NCBI RefSeq assembly: GCF_006345805.1
Contig: NW_021834594.1
Coordinates: 1 to 47,804 of the forward strand
Length of the DNA: 47,804 nucleotides
Direction of reading: 5' to 3'
Origin: Octopus sinensis
Taxonomy: Eukaryota
This document shows positions 24,985-37,939 of the stretch, piece by piece (the first letter of the stretch is position 1; each line of letters begins with the position of its first letter). The notes beneath the pieces were generated by a model. The model was not told the DNA's origin, ran no database searches, and saw only the letters and a program-made list of their open reading frames with translations. The position numbers and the translations under genes are program-made.

Positions 24985-25130
24985 TCTCTTATTCTTTTAC
25001 CTGTTTCAGTCATTTGACTGCGGCCATGGTGGAGCACCATGTAAGTTACGGGGACGTAAATACACCGTCATCCGTTGTCAAGTGATGTTGGGGGAACAAA
25101 TACAGAGAAACAAACATATACACACATATA
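24985..25130 (-). mobile_element. SINE family B 3' fragment (other copies ~28860-29255 -, ~33805-33975 -, ~37080-37462 -, ~39420-39545 -, tails at ~5440-5520 + and ~30585-30700 +)
   Basis: TTTCAGTCATTTGACTGCGGCCATG and GTGGGA(C/T)TGAAC blocks match 13284-13703. Confidence 0.8.
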
Positions 25131-25500
25131 TATAGCTGTATCACACACGCATATGCCTGTATGTATGTAAATCATATACATGTATATATAATATATACGT
25201 ATGCATATATGTATATATATTATATTATATATTATATATATATATATTATATATATATATATATATATATTAAACACACATATTTATAATATACAGCAAA
25301 TAATAAAGATATACATACACATCTATATATGTATATATTTGCATATTTATCAAACTATGTATATGTCTATCTGTCTGCCTAATTATCTATTTATCTATCA
25401 ATCTACACACACATACACACACACTCACATAAAAGCATAGAGTAAATTCACTATTTATACTATGCACGCATACATACATACATACTTGCATGGAGGAAAA

Positions 25501-25523
25501 TAGATAGATTGATAGATAGAAAC

Positions 25524-25568
<45 letters not shown>

Positions 25569-25609
25569 CAGACAGATAGATAGATAGATAGATAGATAGA
25601 CAGATAGAC

Positions 25610-25648
<39 letters not shown>

Positions 25649-25649
25649 C

Positions 25650-25708
<59 letters not shown>

Positions 25709-25724
25709 CATATAGATAGATAAC

Positions 25725-25772
<48 letters not shown>

Positions 25773-25788
25773 CATATAGATAGATAAC

Positions 25789-25828
<40 letters not shown>

Positions 25829-25969
25829 CATATAGATAGATAACTAGATAGATAGATAGATTGATAAATAGACAGATTAACAGACACATAGATAGATGTT
25901 TCTTTATTAGCCACACAGGGCTGCACACAGATAGAACAAATTACAAGGTAGAGCTTTTCTTTGAAGGTA

Positions 25970-26001
<32 letters not shown>

Positions 26002-26615
26002 GGAAGGGGGAGGTTCGATCAAAAGGGATCGTAAAAGGAGAGAAAGAGGACAAAAATAAGGGGGGGTTAAAACAAAAAAAAAAAAAAAAAGGGGGGGGGG
26101 GGAGAGGAAAAAAAATGATCAATAGGGATCGTTATCACAGAATGTCAATATGAAGTGTAAAGGGGAGGACAGGTGAGGTTTACCCGTGGAAAGAAAAGCC
26201 TGCGGAAAAGACCACGGTAACCTCGGTCAATGAAGTCACATTTTATATTTCTTTTTTTTTTTTTTTTTTTTTTGCAAATAAGCAACTCTCGTTTTCGATT
26301 TCTGGGTTCATGGACTATGCTCAAGGTGGCTCGTCATTCATACGTGCCATTCTTGCTACATTCACCCATCTTTTTTAAAACATTCGCTAGACAAAACTTG
26401 CCTCTCTACTCTCACTTTCCTTTTCAAGTGGTACTTGAAAGAAGTTGATGAGAGATTGACCAGAGAGGAAAGTGTTTGTCCAATCCTTTCAGGACGCGTC
26501 CACCAGATACATTCTTTCGCCATAGCCACAAGGATGATGAAAATAGCTCTTCCTTCCCGTTTGAAGGAAGGAGGAGACACTAGATAGATAGATAGATAGA
26601 TTGATAGATAGAAAC

Positions 26616-26662
<47 letters not shown>

Positions 26663-26689
26663 TATAGATAGATAGATAGACAGATAGAC

Positions 26690-26772
<83 letters not shown>

Positions 26773-26794
26773 GATAGACATATAGATAGATAAC

Positions 26795-26860
<66 letters not shown>
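25501..26860. repeat. (GATA)n arrays (25501-25897 and 26581-26860) flanking a LINE fragment
   Basis: Direct reading. Confidence 0.95.
25898..26580 (-). mobile_element. L1/Tx1-like LINE 3' end
   Basis: Minus strand reads IILVAMAKECIWWTR...FKYHLKRKVRVERQVLSSECFKK(R)W, the AK..IW..R and F...W pattern of L1/Tx1 ORF2 C-termini. A pyrimidine-rich 3' UTR ends AATAAAGAAACA, joined to (TCTA)n. Confidence 0.7.
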
Positions 26861-27094
26861 TTTGAAAGGGAAGGATTGTAGAGTGTTGTAGGGCAAAATT
26901 AATTAAGTTAAATTTATTGAATCTCATTATCGATAAAGGTTATTAGTATCCACGGATCCCAATATTATGGAAGAACGAATATGTTTTTATGTGTGAAGGA
27001 AATAACATGGGACTACTAAAACGGCAGTAAAATAAATTTTATGGGAATCAGGAGAGTATATGCTTATAATGGATATCAATAAAGCAGAAATATA

Positions 27095-27097
27095 TGC

Positions 27098-27128
<31 letters not shown>

Positions 27129-27239
27129 TGTATGTATGTATGTATGTATGTATATATATATATATGTATATGTATGTATGTATGTATGTATATATGTATA
27201 TACATGTATATAAATGTATATATATATCTAATATATATG

Positions 27240-27270
<31 letters not shown>

Positions 27271-27292
27271 GTATGTATGGATGGATGGATTG

Positions 27293-27323
<31 letters not shown>

Positions 27324-27477
27324 GTATATGTATATATGTATATACATATATATATAAGTATATATATATGTGTGTATATATATATGTATATATATATGGG
27401 TATATATATATATATTATATCTATATATATATATGGTGTGTATGTATGTATGTATGGATGGAGGATGTTTATATATA

Positions 27478-27508
<31 letters not shown>

Positions 27509-27695
27509 TTGTATGTATGTATATACATGTATATATAAGTATATATATATATATATAATCTATATATGTATTATATAATATAAATATATATATGTATATA
27601 TATATATAAATATATATATGTATATATATATATAACATATATATATATATATATGTGTGGGTGTGTGTATATATATATTATATATATATAAATAT
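27095..27695. repeat. Compound (TATG)n/(TA)n
   Basis: Direct reading. Confidence 0.95.
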
Positions 27696-28379
27696 TTTCA
27701 GCGAGCTAGCAGAATGTTAGCACGCTGGAGAAAATGCTTAGCGGCATTTCAACTGTCTTTACGTTTGCAGTTCAAATTCCGCCAAGGTCGAATTTCCTTT
27801 TCATCCTTTCGGGGTCGATAAAATAGGCACCAGTTGAGCAATGGTGTCGATGTAAACGATTTACCCTCTCCCACAATTTTGCTGGCCTTGTGCCAATATT
27901 TAAATACAATATTACCTATTAAAATTATATTCTTAATGATAATGCTTCCTGATTGAAGGCCATCAATTGAGGGAAAGGGATTTGTCGATACAGTCGACCT
28001 CATTATATAGCTGGTATTTTGGATGTATGATATCATTAATAATAATAGTTGTCGTTTCGTACCTCATAAATATTATATAGAATTATCATATTTCCTATTC
28101 GAAAATAAGAAGTTTGTTTGTTAGGAGCAAAAGTAAACGACATTTTGTTAAGAATAATTTTAGTAATTTGTACTAAATTATAATTAGTTTACTTTTAAGA
28201 TACATCTTACGGATGCTCAAGGATAAATCAGCATTGATATTTCTGGGATCTCTGAGTCTTTCGGGTTTTTCAATATCAGACCCTCTTGTTCGGTTGGTCG
28301 AGTCCCAGCTGGCATCCCGATGGCAGCAAACCGCTGGTTAGCCCTCTCTATACAAAGCTACCTTGTGGCATCCTCTTTA

Positions 28380-28710
28380 CAGTTGTGGCCAAAACTTTGC
28401 AACATTTCTTTAAAAAATAAAGTTGTTATACCCAAATACAATTCGATTCAAATATATACAGCGTTTATATTTGGGCATTTAATATGAAAATTTTAATTTT
28501 CAGACCTTTGTTTCAGACTTGTGGCCAAGTAATAATATATAGCAAATTGAATTTAATTTTGGGCATTTTATATAAAATTCTAATTCTAATTTTCAGCTCC
28601 ATGTGCCAAATTTTTGTCAAGTAATAACATATCGTAAATTAAATATTATTTGGGCATTAAATTTTAAAATTCCAATTTTCAGACTATGTTCCAAACGTCT
28701 GGCCACGACT
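28380..28710. repeat. Degenerate ~90-bp tandem repeat (~3 copies)
   Basis: TTTGGGCATT...AATTTTCAG...CAAGTAATAA recurs at ~28470, 28558 and 28649. Confidence 0.75.
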
Positions 28711-31472
28711 ATCGCTTCAATGATGGAATTCATAACCCTCCTCCTTGCTATGCTAGTAATTCCAAACCCAGTCAGAGCTTTGCAGAATGAATGCCTCATA
28801 AAACCTCGTCAGAGCCCATCTATTGCCTCATAACATAGAAAATAAAAATATTGATATCGTTTATCTTTTACTTGCTTCAGTAATTAGATCTGCGGCCATG
28901 CTGGAGCACCGTCTTGAAGAATTTTTAGTCGAATTATTCGAGACTCAAGTACTTATTTTATCTTTTTCATTCTGGTACATATTATATCGATCCCTTTTGC
29001 CGAGCCACTAAAATACGGGGACATAAACACAACACCGGTTGTCAATTGGTGGTGGAGAGCAAACACAGACACAAAGATACACACACACATACACACACGC
29101 ACACACACACACATCTACCAAATTCACTTACAATGCTTTGGTCGATCCGACGTTATGGTAGAAGACACTTGCCTAAGGTGCTACACAGTGGGATTGAACC
29201 CGGACCTCTGTGGTTAGAAAGCAAGCTTATTACCACACAGCCACACCTGCGCCTAGCTTAAATTAAAAATTATAATTTTTTGTTATTAGTTGATTACACA
29301 ACCATGGCCACCTCCCCTAGAGACGCTTAGTGATCCTGACCGTTGATCTGGGATTCCTCTGCTGAGCATCAATGTAAGAGGTATCATTGGCTCATTTGAG
29401 CTCTTCCAGTGCCTCTTCCCAATCTGCCATGCTGCAGTCCCACGACTTCGTTGTGTTCCTTACCAAGGGACAGCCTGTAACTCTGCAGGGGTATTTCCAA
29501 TGTTACCCAGAACAACAGTTGGATAAATGTTATTTCTATTCATCGCCAAGTAAGTTTATTAGAGGCCGATTGATGGAGTCGAAGACCAATTCAATATTGA
29601 AGTCTGATATAACCATACTGAGTTATGTGATCTGACAAAACCAATTCTATAGTCTCCTAACACGCATAAACTGGTCTCTGCGATCGACTAAAGAACAATT
29701 TTGTTCATATATTTTATTTGTATTCTGAAATGTCTTTTGTGTTTCTCACGCCGGCAGACATGACAGGGCGGTTATCTTGTTGTTCCGTTCAATATCAATA
29801 TTATATATCTTTATTAAAACCATCTGCTTTTGTTTCCTTTAACAATTCTCTGAATTTTCAGAGAGAAATGTTATTAAACTGAAAGAGTAAGATGTAAGCA
29901 TTGTTTTGTAGAACGGAACATAAATTTGTAGGAAGCATGTAAACTCTCGTGGTTATTCCGTTATTATACACTGGAGATCAATAAAATCAGCTTAGAAAGC
30001 TTATTTGATTGTCGAAGGTTGCTAAATATTACTTTGGTTCATTGTTCTCTTCCTATACAATTAAACAAAAAAAAAAACCCAAAAAGTATATCGTAACAGT
30101 TTCAAATTTTGGCAAGGAATCAGCAATTTTAGAGGAGTAAGGCAACAGCATAGACCTCAGTACTCAAATAGTACTTATTTTATCGACCCCGAAAGAATAA
30201 AAGGCAAAGTCGACTTTAGTGGAATTTGAACTCAGAACGTAACGAACCAGAATATTAATTTCCACGGCGCTCCAGTAGTATTGTCCACTCGCCACCTTAT
30301 AAAAAAAAATTGATGGCACTGAATTTCCAAATACTGTAGGGCAGTGGGATTCAACCGGGGTCTACATGACCTCTGGGGTGGTCTATTTAGAATTTTTGTG
30401 GGGTCCACACAGCAATATAGTATAGTCAAATGTAATGTTTAATCAATCGCTTCCTTTTGAATTAATAAAGCATTATCTGGTAGCTTCGAGATTCCAAGGA
30501 TGTGGCTGCTTATTTTTAGAAAGCGATTGTCGGAGAGGTGTAAGAGGCCGGATCTGACCAGCTTGCACATAAGACATGGTGAATATTGCAGGGTTATAAA
30601 AAGTAAATCTGGGGGCCAATTGTTCGACTAAACCCTTCAAGACGGTGCTACAGCATGGTCGCAAACTAATGGCTGAGACAAGTAGAAAGAGAAATGATAG
30701 AAGTTACAATTTTAACTCCATGTGAGTTCGAGATAATTATACGTATTTTCTTGCCTCTGTATTTATTTGTGTTTGACTACTATACATAAAAAAATACATA
30801 TACATACATACATACATACATACATACATACATACATACGAAAGCGACCGGTTAATTCGTACATTACAAGTGCAATCTGTGAGTGGAACAGTAAAAATAT
30901 GCAATATTTTTCTGAAGTTCCAAATGTAAATTTGTCTGTTTAACTACATCCCAAAGATGGAGCCTTGTATCTTTGTTGGAAACCGGCTCCCTCCTCAGTG
31001 GAACATTTATAATAATTAAAAAATAGGAGAGACATACATACATGCATACTCTGCAGTTGCTCTATCCAGATTACAAGTTCAGGTCTATACCTGTAATTAT
31101 TGGGGCCCCGGGATATGTAACACACTGCATAAATAATTAGGCTTCTCAAAACCAGAAAGGAGAAGGCTAATTCGAAGGCTACAGATCAAATCCATCACTA
31201 GAACTGTAAAAATCTGTAAAACTTTTCAGGAGTTTATAATTTAAATATATATATATATATATATGAACATGTCTAGATATGTAACTATATGCATAAGAAT
31301 ACATACATAAAACATACATAAATACATACATATATATATATAAACAAATATACCCTTTTGATGATGTTGAAATTCCAATGAAGGAACCTTGGATCTAGGT
31401 TAGAAATCGGTTCTTTCTCTATAGGCAAGAAATCTTGAAATAAACTGAATAATAACATATATATACGTATAC

Positions 31473-31765
31473 GTGGAGGCGCAATGGCCCAGTGGTTAGG
31501 GTAGCGGACTCGCGGCCGTAGGATCACGTTTTCGAGTCCCGGACCGGGAGTTGTGTGTGTTTATTGAGCGAAAACACCTAAAAAGCTCCACGAGGCTCCG
31601 GCAGGGGGTGGTGATCCCTGCTGTACTCCTTCACCACTCTTTTTCCCACTCTCTCTTTTGTTGGCCTGCTCGCTTAGCCAGCGGGGTGGCGTCATTTGAA
31701 GGCTAAAACAATGCGAACGCATTGTGACCAGTGATGTGTAACAACATCTGATGGTCTGGTCTGAT
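31473..31765 (+). mobile_element. tRNA-Arg(TCG)-derived SINE (OR-type-like)
   Basis: A box TGGCCCAGTGG, loop ACTCGCG, B-like TTTCGAGTCC; shares its head with 44759-45061. Confidence 0.85.
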
Positions 31766-31911
31766 ATATACAAATACATGTAGCTGTTTGAGGACAACTT
31801 TTCCCGCCTTATTGTTTTAACGGTGATACTGCGTACGAAATATCACCTTGTCTGCATCGTACGCTACACATTGGACGCTTCTAGAAAAGAAACGTGAGTG
31901 TTACATATATA

Positions 31912-31955
<44 letters not shown>

Positions 31956-32343
31956 GTACATGTACGTGTATGCGTGTGTGTATGCTTGTGTAGTGTGTAT
32001 GCATGATTGTATGTACATATGTGTGTGTGTATCTGTGTGGGTGTGTATGTACGTATATGTATATGTATGTATGTATATCAAACACGAATGAATAAATACG
32101 TACGCACACATACTGTATTTGTGTGTAAGTATGCGTGTGTGTGTGTGTGTGTGTGTCTGTGTGTGTGTAAGTATGTATTTATTTCTGTTTGATTCTTATC
32201 TCTTTCCAAATGAATGAGATTATACGTTTAATCCATAAGAGGATCCGCGAGCTGTTGAAATGGATTAAAGAATGTCCGGTGAGTTACACTCGATTAATCA
32301 GGACCAACCACTCTCACTCCCTCTCTTTCTCTCTCTCTTTCAC

Positions 32344-32378
<35 letters not shown>

Positions 32379-32464
32379 TTGTCACACGCACATGTTTCTG
32401 TATATATGTATATATATATATTATATATATATATATCATTAAAAATAATTTAATCATGAACTAA

Positions 32465-32501
<37 letters not shown>

Positions 32502-32612
32502 ATATATATATATATATAGAGAGAGAGAGGGGAAAGGGAGAGCGCGCGCGAGAGAGAGAGTGTGAGAGATCAAGATATATAATATATATATATATATATA
32601 TATAAATACACG

Positions 32613-32652
<40 letters not shown>

Positions 32653-32880
32653 CATACATACCCATGAAGTAAATAATTAAAATTTCAGGCACACATAAGT
32701 CACAACACCCTTCTCGTAAATATGATTAATGAATTACTGTCGAAAGTTCACACAACTCTTTTATTCGTGCGTCTGAATGTTTATGTAAAACAGCAGTTTT
32801 TGTGCTAATTATTAAATATAAACTATAAATCATGTACTCTCTCGTATTTGTTTTCGCTGCCGAACGCATATGTATGTATG

Positions 32881-32914
<34 letters not shown>

Positions 32915-33043
32915 TGTATGTATGTATGTAGGTATGTATGTAGGTATGTATGCATGTATGTATGTACACGGCAGGAATGTCACGTACAAACACGGAGTCA
33001 TCATATTCAATGTGCGCATTATACCGATATTATCCTTAATTTT

Positions 33044-33081
<38 letters not shown>

Positions 33082-33294
33082 CATATATATATACATATAT
33101 AGATAGATAGATAAATAGATATGGACAAAAAGAATACGAGGTGTTTAGTTCGCTTGTGATCTTAATGAAAAGGTACGCTGGGTAAGTGTTATAGTTGTTC
33201 GACCATTAGGTTCCACAATCACAGCTAAGGCTGGATCTTGGGATCCATGTTAGGGTTCCGTTATAGCATATACATGCATACATACATACATACA

Positions 33295-33330
<36 letters not shown>

Positions 33331-33331
33331 T

Positions 33332-33720
33332 CTTAGGGGTTAGCCATATTGAAATGGCAAAAATACGTCACGATGTGTTACCGCTACTGTATATAACTCA
33401 CTTTGATATTTATCATTGTTTGATTTCACTTTTTCAATATCAGCGACAGTGGACGCTGGAAAAAGTATAAGTATTTGTGAAGGAATCTAATTCTCGCCGA
33501 CAACTATGATTGTCACACGCTGACGAGAGGTCAATACCTCGAAACTCGAGTCCGTGTGTATCATAAGTTGAAGACGGGAAGGATGACTTCCCTTTGCAAA
33601 TACTGACAGGACACAGAAAGTGTGTCTATGGCCAGCTGGAGGAGTGTGTCCTCCTGGGGCTAAACTACAGTAGCATCCACCCTTAGGGGTTAGCCATATT
33701 GAAATGGCAAAAAAACGTCA

Positions 33721-33724
<4 letters not shown>
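33332..33724 (+). mobile_element. Retrozyme-like non-coding element: 350-bp unit plus 43-bp terminal direct repeat
   Basis: CTTAGGGGTTAGCCATATTGAAATGGCAAAAA(T/A)ACGTCACGAT at 33332-33374 and 33682-33724 (1 mismatch); internal HHR; lies between (CATA)n(TA)n and (TA)n. Confidence 0.85.
33501..33570 (+). ncRNA. Intact type I hammerhead ribozyme
   Basis: Stem I CACACG(33514-19)/CGTGTG(33553-58), extended by ATGAT/ATCAT and CAACT/AGTTG. Core CTGACGA (33520-26); stem II GAGG-tcaata-CCTC; GAAA (33541-44); palindromic CTCGAG; GUC triplet with predicted cleavage after C33552. Confidence 0.92.
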
Positions 33725-33789
<65 letters not shown>

Positions 33790-34005
33790 ATGTATGTATT
33801 TATACAAGGGTTTCTTTCTGCTTCGTTCAACCAGATCCACTCACAAGGCTTTCGTTGGTCGAGCCGAGGCGACAGCAAAAACACATGTGCAAGACACCAT
33901 GCAGTGGGGCGGGACTGAACCCCGAACCATATGTTTGTGAAGGAAACTTCACACCACGCAGCCACGCCTGCGCCTACGTGTGAATGTGTGCGTGTATATA
34001 TATAT

Positions 34006-34092
<87 letters not shown>

Positions 34093-34116
34093 TATATATA
34101 TTATATATATATATAT

Positions 34117-34984
34117 TCAGTGCAACTGAATGAGGGAAAATTTGAGCTGATGCATTTTGGAAGAAATTCCTCACTAAAACAACCATACTCTCTTCCTTCA
34201 GGGGAACCGCTTACAGCCTCTAACAATATCAGAGACCTGGGTGTAATTGTTGATGACGATCTCAGTTGGAGTGCACACATCTTAAGAAATTTCCGGTCCA
34301 GAGAACAAGGTGTCATCATACTACTTTTTTCCTCCTTTGTACGGCCACACCTTGAATACTGCTGCCCACTGTGGTCTCCTCACACAAGACAAAACATCTC
34401 CAGAATTGAGTCACCCCAGAGGGCTCTCACTAAACAAATTGAAGGCATGGCTGCTCTCGATTATTGGGATCGCCTTAAAACCTTGAAACTTTACTCCCTC
34501 CAGCGTCGCCGTGAGCGGTACATCATTTGTACGATGTGAAAATACCACCGCCAACTTGCCCAAACGACCTAAACATTAGCTTCAAGGTCCATCCAAGACT
34601 TGGACCACGGGCTATACGTCCCCTGCCAAATTCAAGATCACAACATACATGTACACTGCAACATAATTTCTTTTGCTCAACAGGCCCTGCCCTATTCAAC
34701 ATTGTCCCGAGGGAGATCAAAGAGGAAAAGGATCCCATCAACTTTAAACAGAGTCTGGATAGATTCCTTCAAAGAATACCAGATAAGCCACCCATAATTG
34801 GATACAACTCACCCAACAAGAACTCACTACTTGAACAAAACTGGATACAACTCACCGAACAAGAACTCACTACTTGAACAAAACTTGACTTAAACAGGAT
34901 TCGAATAATCCTATCAGGTGGTGCTATTAAGTTAGACATGGCCTGGACCAATCTCTGGTCAAAACATATCTAAGTTTTATCTAA

Positions 34985-34986
<2 letters not shown>
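34117..34986 (+). mobile_element. CR1-group LINE 3' fragment (second family)
   Basis: QLNEGKFELMHFG...IRDLGV...VRPHLEYCCPLWSP...YSLQRRRERY...GPALFN...IPDKP; a ~43-bp internal tandem duplication at ~34800-34885; (TATCTAAGT) tail; in (TA)n. Confidence 0.92.
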
Positions 34987-35021
<35 letters not shown>

Positions 35022-35064
35022 CACGCATACTCACACACCCACGCACACAAATACACCATACATG

Positions 35065-35161
<97 letters not shown>

Positions 35162-36442
35162 CATATATATAATATATATATATATAAATCATAACTAATA
35201 AGGGTGGGGAAATATGGATACTAATTATTTAATATACCATCAATTTATAACACAGTGGCTAGTGCATAAAAACATAATACATAAATTTTATACGTAAATA
35301 TATAATATATAATAATATATATATATTATATATATATTATATATATCTATATATATATAATATATATATATATGTATGTATATATATATATGTATGTATG
35401 TATATATATATAATATATAATATATATTATATATATATAATATAATATATATAAATATAATCATGTATGTGTGTATTTGTGTGCGGGTGAGTGTATGAGT
35501 ATTCGTGTCTGTGTGTCTGTGTATGCTAACGTACACGTACATAGATATGTGTGCTTGTATATTCAATATTTATTGATGTACAGAGCGAAAATTTCAATTC
35601 ACAACATGAGTGTAAAAATTATGTTCCGTGTGCAAAAGTATTAAAAACGCAATCAGAAAACCACGAAAACGAAAGTATTAAATCCGTAGCCCCGAGCGCT
35701 CTAACGACTAATGTATAAAATTTATTGACTGCAGCAAGGAAACATCGTATATGAAGTGAATAGATTCAATGGCTGTTGTTAATTCTGTTAGCATGCTTTC
35801 GATGTGTTGTTTTGATATCTGTTCTTAATTTAATACAAAGCAGTAGAGCAAAGAATACAAATGATACATTGTTCTTCTATGTTTTATAGTTTGGGAATAA
35901 AGTTTTCATTCTACAAATACAATTAATGCGGTGAAAATAGTTAAATATCAAGGAGATTGTCTTAGAGGAAAAAAAAATAATGCGGGCTCGAGGACGTTTG
36001 CTGTTGTTGACAGCAGCATGAATCTATGGAAGAAATGAAATGCAAATGTTAAAAATTATAGGTAACAATCCCTTAGAGGCGAAAGTAGGATCCCTATTTC
36101 GAGCAGGAAAAAACAAAAATGTCTGAAGGGATTAAATACAAGTGGGGGAAAACATGTTTTTTTCGTAATCACACCGGGGAAAAGTAACAAGACAAAGATT
36201 TTTAAAAACCCCACAAAATGTCACAAGTCGAGAAACATTTAGAAGTAGTCATTCAAGCAAATTCGCAAAATCGTTGCTTCAGAGATTCTTTAGAAGATTG
36301 TTTGAGATCTACTTACGCAATACATACATACATGCATACATACATACATACATACATACATACATACAATACATACATACATACATAACTAAAACAAACA
36401 CAGACACACCCGTACACTCCATACACATATATGTATATGTAC

Positions 36443-36545
<103 letters not shown>

Positions 36546-36634
36546 GTGTGTGTATATATAAATAATATATATATGTATATATAGTTGCAGCACAGACTTC
36601 GAAGCGATAGGTTGGGAGTCTCTAATCACGGTAC

Positions 36635-36689
36635 CACGTGCTGAAGAAGCTAAGGTTTTATTTTACCAATGCAGAAACCGGTCTACGTG
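36635..36689 (+). ncRNA. Type I hammerhead motif (short palindromic stem III)
   Basis: CACGTG-CTGAAGA(36641-47)-aGC..GGT(tttatttt)ACC..GCa-GAAA(36674-77)-CCGG-TC-TACGTG. Stem II is imperfect; core and GUC triplet are intact. Confidence 0.72.
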
Positions 36690-36973
36690 AGTCCAAATAC
36701 TTAAATGTATGTTAGTAGATTGTCTTAACTCGATTTTGCCTTCGTTTCATTTCTGTAGTTATCATCAGTGTATTTTTGGCGATTTAATAAGATTTTGACT
36801 GTTATTTCTAGCAGGTAGACATACTTAGTATGTCCTTTGATTAATTTTAATCCCTCGGCTATTTAATGCTATTTTTTGGTCTGCTGTCGCCTGTGTCATT
36901 GATTCGGTTATTATCATTTTTAAAATAGTTACATTGAATAATAATAGAATTAATGACACTTTCGTAAATTAAA

Positions 36974-37039
<66 letters not shown>

Positions 37040-37459
37040 TTGTATGTATGTGTGTGTGTGTGTGTGCTTGTGCGTATTCTCTTTTACTTCTTTCAGTCAT
37101 TTGACAGCGGCGATGCTGGAGCACCACCTTAAAGGGTTTTAGTCGAGCAAATTGGTCCGGGGACTTATTCTATCGGCCTAGTACTTATTCTATCGTTATA
37201 TTTTGCCGAGCCGCTGGAGTACAGGGACGTAAACACACCAACATCGGTTGTCAAACAATAACCAGAAGAGAAAGACATACACAAAGACACACACACATAT
37301 ACGTGGGCTTCTTTCAGTTTCCTTCTACCAAACCCACTCACAAGGATTTGGTCGGCTGGAGACTATAGTAGAACACAGTTGCCCAAGGTGCCACGCAGTA
37401 GGACTGAACTGAACCAGGGACCATTTGCTGGGGAACAAGCTTCTCCTCACCCAGTCACG

Positions 37460-37565
<106 letters not shown>

Positions 37566-37939
37566 TATGCTTATAGAAGAATATGGTTGACAAAGACTTC
37601 GAAGTTCGGCTAGCTAAGACATCGTCGGAAACTTTGAAACTTCGACATCACTGTCGACAACATTCTTGGATAAGGATAATAAATTTGTATTATCAACACA
37701 TAGAAAGCACATGACACTTAGACAGATCACGACACTTAGACAGGTCAAGCCTCAACAGTAAAAACGAATCGAACAATTATATCCACCACCACACCACAAA
37801 ACATGAGACTAAAGACAGAACGGGAAAAAAGTTGATACAAACAGTGTAATACACACAAAATAAACAAACATGCATATGCCTACGATTGATATAAATGCAC
37901 ATACCTATGATAAATATAAATGTACAACTTACATATAAT

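Noticed and set aside
29300-29640. GC-richer segment as a host exon (also 12625-12750 and 28230-28390)
   Set aside because: Stops in the plausible frames or no recognisable domain, and no convincing acceptor/donor pair.
33332-33345. Telomeric TTAGGG repeat
   Set aside because: Single imperfect occurrences (CTTAGGGGTTAG), not an array.
36740-36772. Minus-strand CTGATGA...GAAA (also plus-strand 39221-39236 and minus-strand ~13186)
   Set aside because: No stem II or stem I pairing; expected by chance.
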